Shown: positions 52,333 to 64,000 of the stretch, one piece after another
How positions within the stretch are numbered: position 1 is the stretch's first letter
Layout of the letters: each line of letters opens with the position of its first letter
Source: Vermamoeba vermiformis
Lineage: Eukaryota
Direction of reading: 5' to 3'
DNA: 64,000 nucleotides
Assembly (NCBI GenBank): GCA_045837725.1
Contig: JBEWZL010000156.1
Coordinates: 62,001-126,000 of the forward strand
The notes under the pieces: model-generated
What the model was told of the DNA's origin: nothing
The model's input: only the letters and a program-made list of their open reading frames with translations
The model's database searches: none
Program-made: the position numbers and the translations under genes

Positions 52333-55137
52333 TTACAAATACGAAATAAATGAATATACAAAAGTAAAGAATATAGATACGCTAATTAAACCTGCACTTG
52401 ATGTAGGGGCAATCGGTACCGCTTTAGGTTGTGCGACCGGCTCTTCCACAATAATCGGCGCTGCTACTGGCGGTGGCAAAACACCTTGTACCTCAGTAGA
52501 CAATGATTTGCCCGCTAAGTCTAGATATATTAACAGTAGTATGGCTTGCCTCCGTTATGCACGTATAATCAATCAAAGGTTCGCACCTAAACTAGTTATT
52601 GAGGGAGCATCGGTAGTGCTGTTGATCGCAGAGACGAATTGAGCTTGTGTTGTTTCAGATGACACAAAGTTAGAAACAACTTCTTGCGGCGAGGGCTCAG
52701 TGTTCGTATTGTCTGCAAAGTAATCATTGTTAGTAAGAAATTCAGACTGCAATTACCATGTAATTACGTACCAGGTGCAATTTCGAGCTCAGTCTCCAAG
52801 GTGCTTGTCTGAGTCACGTCTCGCTTGCCAGTATTGACAACAGTGACACGATTGTCGCTGATGCCAGTGACATTTACAAATGTCGATCGAACGATTTCTT
52901 TGAAGCCAGCGGGGAACGGTGAATCCGCCGTCAAAATGATAGTAAATGTGACCGCTATTTTAACATTAAGTAACGTCATAATGAAAATACTGAGTGTTGA
53001 CTTACTAGTCGGGCAAGCAATGCTCGGGCCAATTGTGAAAGTCAAAGTGTAGTCTTCTAGGGTCCAAGTGAACGTACCATTTGTACCAAGATAGATCTTG
53101 GCCGAGAGTGGGAAATAAGGGCTGCGACCAACTGCAAAGTCTTCGAACGGTGTATTGTTCTGCTAAAGGTCAGTACCATAGGTTACCCGAAAGTTTAAAG
53201 AAACTTACCACAATAGTGATATTGTTTCTATCGTGGAGCTGCGGGATCCAAACTGGTTTTTGCTCCAGGTTGTTGTACGCGAAGTAACCGTTGCCGGCAG
53301 CATCAACGCACTCCAAGATTGGCACGATGTTTTGAAGCGGCATTGGAGCCAATGTATAGACGGAGTTATCAACGACAATATGCACGTTGCAATTTTCAGA
53401 AATGGCCGGGGCACCTGCGCTCTGGGAGTTGTACGTGACCGGAAGTCTTCCGCGAATTTTCAAATCGCGGCTTTCCCAGTCGTAGCCAATAAACTCGATT
53501 TTGGAGCCAGAGCCAGCTAAAGGCAAAAGCACAATATCATCTGTAAAAAATGGAATGTTTAGTCCTTGGTTGTGTTTAGCGTGCCAAAAATAACACCAAG
53601 AAAACATACCGGATGACATAATAGGATGAGCGTTGCTAAAATAGCCTGGGAAGGCATTTCCGTATTCAACTTCATTTATCAGATCCACGAAGAAGTTCTT
53701 TAAAAAATTAGATCAAAGGAATTAAAGCGGCATTGAATAACTTACAGATGATTCACCGAAGGTAATAGAAGCCAGAGACTTTCCATTTTGGTACATAACG
53801 AACGCAGTGTTGGCAAGATAATATGTTGCTCCCTGATACGTAGTAAAATTGTGCGTGGTAATAAGTTGACCGGTAGCCTTCAAAAATAACGGTCATTTGG
53901 AGTCCTGATCCAAAGCACGTGCCAAAAAGTATTTCTAGAAAACTCAAACTTACTGCGTTAAGTCTATAAATAGCACCGACATCGCCTTGAGCAGCATCAC
54001 AAAGCAGAACCAATTCGTTACCGGAGACAAACGCGTTGTAAATTGCGCGATCCATCGGGATCGGAGCCCAAGCGGTACTTCCGACCATCCAACCGTTTCC
54101 TGTATCTCCAACGGCAATGGCAATGTCCACGCCACTATTGTTGAACACCATCACGTTGAGTTGCGGTTGTCCGACAACGATTTGGGTTTGGCCGGAAGCC
54201 TCAGCATTAGTACCAATAGAGAAGTACGTGAAGGCATTATCTTGATATGGAGCTCCCTGGTTGGTCTTCACCATCAAGTTGTTGCCAAAAGGAACGTATG
54301 AAGAATGACCTTCGCCCAAAACAGCATCTGCGAAATACGCAGTCTGGGTCATTGTGTTGGTATTAACGCGAGCTGAATCGCCGCTACCACCTATGTACAT
54401 CTCTTTGCCTTGGACTTGCGTTGGAACAGAGTCCTGAAAAATCGGTGTGTACCTAAAAGAGCGGATGCGGTTAACTTTTTTCTAAATTTTAACGGCACTT
54501 GTCTTACGTCGGTGTGGGGTAAAAAGTACCATTGATATGAAGTCTCGCAGTTAACGGTGATTCGGGGAAAGGACCGGTAATGTACATAAATCCCTTTTTT
54601 GGATTGGTATGAGTTAGATCCATAATTTTGGGAGTTTAACCGAAACTTACTTGCTCATCGATAGTGAACTCTCTATTAGAAGAAAATGCAAATCCTGATG
54701 GATTGCCAGTTTGATCAAATTGCCAAGCAACTTGAAGCACGGTTGTTTTTCCTTTCGCTACATCGCAAGAGAGCTAAAAAATAAATCGTCATTAAAAGTA
54801 AGAAGCACCAAAATAATACATTTTGGTTAAAAGGATTAGATGCAGCTCTTATTTAATTGCAACGGATCGATCCCGTTGCCAAAATTAATTAATCAAAAGC
54901 ACAAATGCATAAATTGCAATCAAGCATCAAATAGAAATATATTTTGTAAATTCATAAGGGTTATTACAGCACTGTAAAATTTTTAATTTACGACTTAGTG
55001 ATGCCTACCGGTCGGCTACTTTTCCAATTTCTTTGTGCATTGGCGGCATAAGTAGGATAGCCTGAGTCGGCTAACTTGGCAGCAAATGATACCACCGCGA
55101 TTGAAAGCACGAGTATAGCAACGTGCGCGATCTTCAT
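52333..55137 (-). CDS. Surface-protein family copy 9
   Basis: MKIAHVAILVLSIAVVSFAAKLADSGYPTYAANAQRN, PMPLQNIVPILECVD and TGKRDVTQ, ending SSAGLISVSIFFTFVYSFISYL*. Confidence 0.85.
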
Positions 55138-55530
55138 TTTGATTAGAATGATTCGCCTACCGTTGCGTATGTGGTATATTATATGCGTTATCTCTTTAAA
55201 ATAAAGTAATTTCTAAAACCAAACGGTCAGTACAGCATCTCGCTGGGAGATTATTTAAACATCGCCAAATTAGGAAATGGATCTAAAAATACGGTAATCA
55301 ATCTTCGCTAAAATATTTGAATAATCACGTACCGATGGAACAGCATAATTAGTGTTATATTGCTTGTTTGTGGACTATTGCCAAGTCAAACCATCACGAA
55401 AAAGCGCGCGATCTGCAAGTTTTCAATTAGTGAGTTTACAGTTCAACACAACTCGTAATCAATCCCAAAATCAATCTTTATGCCGTAGATATTACGTATT
55501 TAAACCAGTGACAGGACTAAAGAAAACGAG

Positions 55531-58500
55531 ATGTGGGTTCGCAACGTGATCTTGACTGCCAAGCAGGTTAAAAATAGAGGAATCGTGCTTCCTGTCAGAA
55601 ACAATATTACAGTAAGTTATAGTATTATTACAATGCCTAATAAATTATTTGGTGATTAATTGAGATTTTTTTGATTCTCTAGAAAGTAATAATCAACTCA
55701 AGCACGCAATCAAAGCAAGAAAATAGATTTGTAAGTCGAATAATTTATATAATAATCAGTATAGTACTAATAAAGCAAATTAAGTTGTCAAACTTCAAAG
55801 CAGATGCCGATCAAAAGAAAGTTATCGAGCACATGAACCCTCAAGCCTTTGTAATAGCAGGTATTGTAAATTATTACTTACGTGATGTTCATCATTTCGA
55901 GGAAATTATTGATAAACTCACGCAGGTCCTGGCACGGGCAAAACACACTGCGCAATAGGACGTGTCCAACATTTAATCGAAAGTAATATTGCTGAGCCCG
56001 AGGAAATATTAGTGCTCACTACTGCTGATAAAACTGCCGCGAATATTCAGTACCAGATTGATCTTCAGACGCCGCTATCAAAAAACACATCCACTATCAG
56101 ATCGTGGATCACGATGTCGTACAGCTTTTTGCAAGAATTTAAAGATAGATATAGAACACCTGTTAGTGAAGTAAAAGCTGCTAGCTTTATGGAACGGTAC
56201 GTCCTAGTAAAAGATTCGCAGATCTTGTTGTCTGACCCCTGTTTCAGAGGAATTTTCTTCCAAGAGCACTTCAAAGATCTCGGTTTCAACCTATTCAATC
56301 CCGAGAAGAACCCGCTGTATCATACAAATGCTATCTTAAACTACTTTACGAGACTTCAGGAGGCCAATGTAACTCCTGAAAAGTACCACCAATACATCGC
56401 AAATTTGACGGCCAAACAGAACGAAGCACAGAATTTAACGCAATCAAACGACAAGCAAAAGACACCGTTGAGCGTTCTCATCGAAAGACACACTGAATTG
56501 GCTGCGGCTTATGCCAAGTTTATCAGCCTCAAATGGGACGAGAAAAAGTTTGATCATTTGGACGTGATGATGGCTGCAATGAAGATGTTTGAAGAAAGAC
56601 CTGATTTCGTAGAAGAAATTAGAAATACATTCCCACACGTTATTGTAGACGAGGTCCAAGATATCAATCCAATCACGCTCGAATTCATCAAGTTATTGGG
56701 AAACACTGACACCAAAAATAGAACAATGACACTCTTTGGTGATGACGATTTGGCTATATTTAGATGGCGAGGAGCGATTCCCAATGTTTTTGATCGTCTT
56801 GCAGATCATTTTCCAAACGCTGCTATTTTCACGTTAGCCAATAACTATCGCAGTCCCGCTCCGATCTTAACAGCTGCCCGCAATCTGATCACGAAGAACG
56901 GTGATCGAATGGAAGTCAAGCGCGGCTTGAATAAGCTAATGACAGCTAATGTACCTGATGTCGACGGTAGTGCTCGTGTGGAACATTTTGTCTATGACAC
57001 GCGTCACCAAGAAGTCACGGCTGTCGTTCAAATGGTACAAACGATACTTAAGAACGAGTTTGGAGACAAAAGCAATCCTGCTGCCGATATCGAAGCGATG
57101 ATGCAAAAGGAGACCAATGTTGACTCTGAGGACGGTGAGAAACGCGAGCCCAAGATTGTGTTGGTACGTAGCTGCACTACCTAAGCGTCGTGAGGTGCTA
57201 ATCTTTTGTAAGGCTGTTCGAAGCAAGAATGAAATGCTCGAACTCAGCAACGCGCTACGCGAGGCAGGAGTTTCATTTGTAAATAAGACTTTCAATCAAA
57301 AGATCAATATGTTCCCCGAGGTACGTTCAGTCATTTGCAAAGCGACTCTAAATACACTCATTGTTAACTACCAGGTTCAATTCTTGCTCAATTTTCTCAT
57401 CGCTTTGGTTGAGCCTTCAAACGCGCATGTTTTGTATCAATTATTGGGCTCCAAGATGTACAGGTAAGATTTATAACACTGATTTTCGGCGTCGTCCTGA
57501 CCGTTGTTGAAAGTTTCCCTTCACGTGCGTTAGCTGAAGTTACCGAAGATCACGTGCAGAATAGAAAAACCCTCCGACAAGCTCTCAAGGACTTTTCAGG
57601 TTAGTTTGCAACCTCAAAGTGATGATATGATTGATATTCTAATACGACAGACCGTCCTATTGCCTCGATCAAGGACGCCGACATGGTTGGATACATTAGC
57701 AAGGCTCGTAGAATTATCGAAGATTTGGAGTACTATGAAAAAGCGATGACCAACAAGACGACTATGCAAATCATATACGAGTTCTTGAAGAAGAACAAGT
57801 TGTTGAAATCGTTACGAGCACCAACTACACAACTTGAAGAGCAACAAGGCAAGAATATTGCAAAGTTCCTGAAGCTCGTGGGCAACGTCGAACGAAAACT
57901 TAAGACCTCTTTGCCAGCTTTTGTAATTCCATACTTGAAACGCATTGAAACTTTGTGGTCTGAGCTCGTAGAGGAAGAAGTAAGTCATTGCTGTGAGAAA
58001 TTTTGATCTGACTTTCCTTTTTAGGAAATTTCACCTGTAGCATTAACGACTCTCTGGAACCTAAGAAACAACGAATACGACTACGTAATTTTCTCTGGCG
58101 CTACGAACGATTCGACCCCTGGTCGTCTAAAAGTAAGCGAAAAAATGCATGCACAAAATCTATGTTACTGACCATCTTTTGTAGCAATCAGATTTGACCC
58201 CACCACCCGAGTTGACGGGCATTAGCATTGAAACGGCTAAAGAGTACCAAGAAGAAGAAAGGAGACTTGTTTATATGCTCTTAACACGAGCTAAAAAGAA
58301 GTTCATCTTCACGAACTACACGGTCCGAGATAACAAGAACAAAGCCGCCGTGAAATTTTCTTCACACAACCCGTCAAAGTTTATCGCTGAGGCACTTGGC
58401 CAACCAAAAGTTTCTTCGAAAAAGAAAGCTGTTGAAGTCGCGCCGGAGCCTGCTGAACCAACAACGACTGCCAAAGATTTTTTCAAGAAAACTGGACCGA

Positions 58501-59490
58501 TCACTTTGACACCCAAAATTGACACGCCACCGACAAGTCTCGATTTTGATCAGATTCGCATCTTTGACAGATGTCCGCTACATTACTATTATCAATATGT
58601 TTTGAAGATGCCTATTCAGCCAACCTTCCTGATGGCCTATCAAACAGGTACGTATCATTTTTCAATTCGATACTATTCTAACTCCCTTTAAGCGTTCAAA
58701 AACACCTTGACCGCGTTGTTTGAAAACGAGCGATCTTTTGAGGCCAGCGACGAATCTGGCGAACCCAAACGAACGTTCAACTTTTTGGAGTTAATGCACA
58801 AATTTAACGATGATCTTAAGACACTAGGTACGTTATTTATAAGTATATAACGATCAATTCTAACATTTTTTAGGTTTTCCTAACATCGTCGAAGTTGATC
58901 CGAAGAAATACAGCTCGGCAATGGCAGCTCTTGAAGAATACTTTGACAAAGATTACGAAGGATTTAAAGGAATTAATCAGCCGTTCTCTATTAAGATTGA
59001 TTTAAAGGCACCGTTAGATCAGCTTAAGAACTTGAAAGATTCGAACAACGATCAAAGTTTCACGATCACCGGAAATTTCCACAGAGTTTTCGAAGACAAC
59101 GAAGTACATCATTTTTACACGTACACTGAAGGTTATATTCCTGAAGAGCAAGTCAAATTTGTGCAAAGCGTTTTGGCACTGGCTTATTATCAAACGTACA
59201 ATTTATTGCCGAGAAAAATCACCACAGAGTTTGTCAACCATAATTTCTACACGTAAGTATAGAACTATTGCTAATAGTAGGTGTATTAATGTATTATTAT
59301 CGGTAGTATTAAGAAGCTGAAGTTGAGTCCGGATATGAGTACCATTGAAGAGACGTACAAATTGTTACAATCGCTTGCAAATAACGTGCGCCAATCAGTG
59401 TTTCAAGCACAACCGAGCTTTTCAAAGTGTTTGTTCTGCAACTTTAATCACAGCTGCCCTTCGGCCATGTTGAAGAACAAACGAAAATAA
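55531..59490 (+). CDS. UvrD/PcrA-like superfamily 1 helicase fused to a C-terminal PD-(D/E)XK-like domain with a four-Cys motif
   Basis: Helicase motifs VIAGPGTGKT, IVDEVQD, FGDDDLAIFRWRGA, LANNYRS and EEERRLVYMLLTRAKK. The C-terminal domain reads LDFDQIRIFDRCPLHYYYQYVL...PSFSKCLFCNFNHSCP. Multi-exon. Confidence 0.88.
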
Positions 59491-59650
59491 ACAAAGGCAT
59501 TTCAGTGAAGTAATTGCAGTGAATTAATTAATGTTATTGAAGGAAGTCAAATTGATGAAATATTCGCTTAAACGAAGAAATTTATAAGTGGGTGGATCCG
59601 GATCGCCAAATAATGTTCCATTTAATAAAAGCTGTGAATTACTCTTTTAG

Positions 59651-62306
59651 CTAAACAAATGATACAATACAAATAACTGCCAACAACGTTACACTAAGCC
59701 ACTGACATGCAGGTGCACTAGATACTTCAGACTGAGTGACAGGCACAAAGGAACTTGTGGGCGGAATATCTCGCTCTTGACCACGCACTTCCACGCCAGT
59801 AGGACTCGTCGATACGTCTTTAATAAGCGGATTCTTGCTGTCGAGGCCTTGGGTCAGGTCGTTATTCAGATCTTGCTTTGCGTCTTTCAGATCCGCAAAC
59901 AATGCACTCAAGATATCTTGCACACTCTTTTCCGATGAATCTAAGTATATTCTAAGTTAAAATATCGATACTATTCAGTCGTACTTGTGGCGGCAAAGAT
60001 GGTGACAGAAATTGAATAAATATTCGGCTGAGTAGCATTGCCAGCGATAGAAATGCGAAAAGTAGCGTCTAATCTGCTCGCACTAAAGTTATATCTATTT
60101 GCGAGGTTGTTCAGAATGATTTGAACGTCAGTCTTGTTTAGCGTGTCAAATGTCGCAACCGTGATAACAAATCCGGCATCTATTGAAACGTTAGAATATT
60201 ACTAATAGGATTACTATAAGTACCTTTAGGACATTGCAAGGCTTCAGCTTTGTTTCCTGAAAGATCCACGGTCAAATTGTACGAGCCCAATAACCACACG
60301 ACTGACAATGTTGCACGAGGTACGGTCAAGTTGTATGGTGAGACTGGGTATGTTAAACTATTTCCTGCTGCAAAGAACGTCGGTCTATCACCCTGGATGA
60401 TATATAATTAGATTATGAAATTATTAGACACAAAGCAAATGTTGAAAAGTGGTCGGGTCAAACTTACTGCAAGATCCGTGGGAATGAACTTGTTTAAATC
60501 TCCAAAAGGAATTGTAAGATCGAAGCCATTGTTATTGACAAAGCTAAAGTAAAGCACCATAGAACTGGTGTCTATAATGTTAAGGCAGTCAAGCGAGGGT
60601 CCGACACTCGGAATGAACTCCGATGGAATGCGTTGACATTCTTGTCTGTTGACGTACGGCTGATAGCCTGCCATACACTTGCACGTTGTTGCGTTGCATC
60701 CAGCTCCACTATCGCACTCTTCGGAGCCAGTAACAATTCCATTTCCGCACACTACCAAAATTGAAATTCGTAAATTTTTCGTAAATAGATCTTGTAACTT
60801 ACCGTCAATGCATCTGCCAGCAGTGAATTCCATGCCATTCAAACAAGTGCATTGATCAGTGCAAGTGTCTTGACCGTCACATTGTTCGTTGAGGTCTAAA
60901 ACTCCGTTGCCACAGAGCGACAATCGACGGACCAGAACTAGCGTTCTATCGGTGTTGAGCGCAGTAATGACGACTTCAGAGCTCGATCCAGGACGTGCCA
61001 TATGAACTCCTTCGGTAGGTACGTCATCTGCAAGACGTCAGATTTTTGACACGTGAAAAATATTGAATGACACGTGTCATTTGTAAACGTACTCAGCGAC
61101 AGTTCTGGGCCTACGAGGAGGTAGCCATTATATTGTGTGGCTTTTCCCAATTGATCTATAATTGAATTAATACCAGATCTATTGGCAAAAGTTTCTAACG
61201 TACAAATTACGCTGTTTAGATTTGAACTATGAGCGACCAAAATGTAGTCTGAGCCAATGTGAACGGCACTGGGCATCATATTCGTTCTAACATAAGCTCG
61301 ATTGAATATGACATCTGAATTCATTCCGAAGAGATATTGAATAAGTCGAGCTTAATATGAAGGGACGTTAGTAAAGTTAAATTTGATCCGGATAGACGTT
61401 GCTAGTGGCTGGTAACCGTTATAAGACACGATTTTGTAAGCTCCGCTTGATTGTTTCAACAAAAAGTAACTGCAGTTCGTTCGATCATCATAAACGGCAA
61501 CTGGAATGTCGTACTATAAAAAGGATCAGGTTTTTAAATTATTAATTAATACGTATCGGCTTTGAATGAATACTTACACTTGAAGCAGCATAATTCACAG
61601 TAGTTATTTGACCGACCATAGCGATAGCAACGGTAGCTAAGTCTAAAGTGTGATTCGTTGGAGGCAAAGTAAATCCGAAAGTGTCCGAGCTATTTAACGA
61701 ATACAAACCCAGCGGATCGTTCTAAAAGTAATCGATATTATATATTAATAGTTTATAGATGTTACTTACGAGATTCGTAGACGTGGAAAGCGCATAGTTC
61801 GGGATTGAGTACGAGAGGACGGATGTTCCGTTGGATAAAAATAGATTGAAGTTGAAGTATTCCACGACTTCGACAGACCTCCATAAAGCAACAGCTCTAT
61901 ATTATATATTAAAAGGAATAAGTCGATATTTTAAAGTTTAAACCGCAACGAAAGCTTGTCAGGTGTGATTGACACGGATGCGACGACTTACAAGTCTCCT
62001 TTAATAATCATTATATTAGGAGCATAGTGGGGACCACTTGATTGCGACAAAATGAACTCGTTGACCTTCACAGATCCATTTTTGTCGAAGATCTTGGCGG
62101 CGATCTGCGTCTGCTCGGTTCCAACTCCAGCAACAGTGTAAACTACTACATAATCTCCGTTGCTAAATGATGCTACACGAGGATACGAAATGGTTGGGGC
62201 TTGGTTTGCTGCTCGTTCATTTATCGAAGTCCAGCTGGTTCGCGATGTACTGAGCAATCGCGGAAAAGATAACACCAACGAATACTATTGCCAATAGAGT
62301 TCTCAT
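59651..62306 (-). pseudogene. Secreted/GPI-type protein with Myxococcus-like Cys-rich repeats and the same PxLxC module; frameshift after the signal peptide
   Basis: The signal frame MRTLLAIVFVGVIFSAIAQ stops at LDFDK*, while the body (YPRVASFSNGDYVVVYT) is in another frame. It contains CGNGVLDLNEQCD, CGNGIVTGSEECD and VGPSLDCLNI..LYFSFVNNN..IPFGDLNKFIP, plus a hydrophobic tail. The frameshift could be a sequencing error. Confidence 0.65.
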
Positions 62307-62503
62307 TAGTGCTTCTCTTTGCAAAAATATGAATTAAAATTACAAACAGGGGACAGAAATTGAAAATATTACTGCGAGCGAAGAAATTTCGATTGATGAT
62401 TAATTCAATTTCATATTAATAGACACGACACAAAAAATGCACCCGGAAGATGAGGCATACATACTTTGCCGATAAATGGGTGCAACAGCGCAAAACCAGA
62501 AAA

Positions 62504-62640
62504 TGACTTACGCAGTCCAAGTACTACCAGGAACTGCACATTTGCACGTGGTTATATTGCACCTGGTCCGCCATCACAATCGCCAAATCCTGCCATTGGT
62601 ACGCTCCGTGCCACCACTTGCGTTGTTCAGGGTCGAGAGC
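62504..62640 (-). pseudogene. Degraded Cys-rich repeat exon remnant
   Basis: Reads GDCDGGPG, a frameshift, then CNITTCKCAVPG and a gtaagt donor. It resembles ECDSGAGCNATTCKC in the neighbouring gene. Confidence 0.4.
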
Positions 62641-62658
62641 TACATGCAACTCCAACTA

Positions 62659-62753
62659 TGCTCGGTATACTCAGCAGTGGTCACGTTAGGTGACAAGAAG
62701 TTTCATTGCTCGGTAGCCTAAGCATGGTCACGTTAGGTGACAAGAAGTTTCAT
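62659..62753. repeat. Imperfect ~47-bp tandem duplication with an exact 29-bp core containing a small hairpin
   Basis: tggtcacgttaggtgacaagaagtttcat occurs at 62678-62706 and 62725-62753. It contains the inverted repeat GTCAC-N5-GTGAC. Confidence 0.85.
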
Positions 62754-63174
62754 GTGTATGAGTTATTACCGCCTGGTACCATAAGAAGTTCGAAGTAATC
62801 ACACTCAATAAGCAGCGTGATCCGAAGTCAGATCCTGCGCTAAAAAGAGTTCGTTAAACAAAACCTGGGTAGAGGTGGGACCAGTAGCACACAAATGTCA
62901 GTATTGACGTTAGCCAATGTTTACGAAAGGTAAGGGACATTTGTTTGCTTTACGCAGGGAAATTAATTTTAAACGCTTTCTGATTGGTCGGTGGTAAAAA
63001 TAGTGAAAAGTTCCATTCCTGTGTTTGTACGTACGAGAAACTATAAAATGTCAAGTTAGTTTGTCGAGTAATTCACTAAAACATCTGATAAGGAACAACA
63101 CGTGGCTTACCTATACACTAAAGTTTCAAGTCAGACCTAAATCCGATCAACAATCAATTCCACTTCATTCAACA

Positions 63175-64000
63175 ATGCAATCCACTACTTCGATTAAAGC
63201 TCAATTCAACGGCCAATTCCGTCGTTTTGCTTTGCAATCCAACACTTTCGATGCTCTTGCTGCTACGATCCACACCATGTTCAACATCTCTGAAGCTCTT
63301 GAAGTAAAAGTTCGCTATTTGGACGATGAAGGCGATGAAATAACTATTAGCTCCGATGCCGAGCTTATTTGCGCCCTTCAATCTTCCGCTGGCTGTTTGA
63401 AGATCTCCGTCGTCGCACTTCAAAAGGAGATTCAGCAGATCAACAACACCGTGCCTGCTTCTGTTGCTCTCGTTAGCGAAGAGAAAGAGTCCCAAGCAGA
63501 ACAAGATGCCAAGCCTCGCAAGCAAATGCCTGATTTTGTTCGCGAGATCATCAAGCAAAAACAAGCCAAGAAAGAGAAGCCTGTCAAAGCTGCCAAGCCC
63601 CAAAAGGCCAACGAAAACGACGAAAAGCCAAACCGTTCTGCTCATCGAGTTCGTCTCATTGCTCTACGTGACGCTCCCGACTGCGAAGAGTTCGCTCCGG
63701 ATGTACTTTTTACCAAGTCCTGGAAGATCCGCAACGTCGGTGCTTTGCCCTGGTCGACTGAGTTCAAGCTCATTCGAGTCCAAAAAGACAATGGTGCCAT
63801 GAGCCAAGTCGACGCAGTGCCAATCACTCGTGAAGTGGCTCCGAACGAAGTGTACGAAGCTACAGTCCCGATGCGCGCTCCGAACCAGCCTGGATCTTAC
63901 GAGAGCTTCTGGAGAATGACCGACAACGAAGGCAAGAAATTTGGTCCTAAGTAAGTTGATATCAGTAATATTCGCTACGAAACTACAAACTGACTTACAT
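63175..64000 (+). CDS. NBR1-like protein (PB1 plus FW/Ig-like domain), 3' end outside window
   Basis: PB1: IKAQFNGQFRRF...VRYLDDEGDEITISSDAEL. FW domain: FTKSWKIRNVGALPW...PMRAPNQPGSYESFWRMTDNEGKKFGP, followed by an intron donor. Confidence 0.85.

Noticed and set aside
58530-59490. Cas4-like nuclease or prokaryotic defence system
   Set aside because: The four-Cys PD-(D/E)XK-like domain is the C-terminus of a spliced UvrD helicase. There is no operon or array.
62678-62753. CRISPR-like palindromic 29-bp repeat
   Set aside because: Only two copies, the 18-bp spacer is itself partly repeated, there are no cas genes, and the context is eukaryotic.
8677-63827. Many 60-170 aa antisense or alternate-frame ORFs in the track (e.g. 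8677..9024, 37921..38283, 38710..39228, 52220..52642, 63169..63645)
   Set aside because: They overlap well-supported exons on the other strand or frame and show no recognisable motifs.

Overview
Gene-dense, AT-rich eukaryotic genomic DNA with many short GT-AG introns carrying CTAAC/CTGAC branch sites. The gene content suggests a free-living amoeboid protist (inference only). The ORF track shows single exons, so gene models were spliced by eye and some boundaries are approximate. The window is dominated by nine copies of an apparently uncharacterised ~12-exon surface-protein family: signal peptide, LxxSGYPxxGxNxxRN motif, highly divergent beta-rich region, conserved PIQNVVPILEC module, stalk with an invariant KR, Pro/Thr linker and GPI-type tail. 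The family shows unequal crossover, a gene-conversion tract, pseudogenisation and one copy disrupted by a bacterial-type dikinase gene. Other notable genes are a class C GPCR with an NMT1/THI5-like ectodomain and a single in-frame TGA, a UvrD-type helicase fused to a degenerate PD-(D/E)XK domain with a putative mitochondrial presequence, an 8-Cys prepropeptide and a probable mitochondrial beta-barrel. Nicalin, LST8, an NBR1-like gene, an NmrA-family gene, an LRR gene, a ubiquitin-like gene and several F-box genes are also present. No rRNA, tRNA, CRISPR array or recognisable transposon was found.
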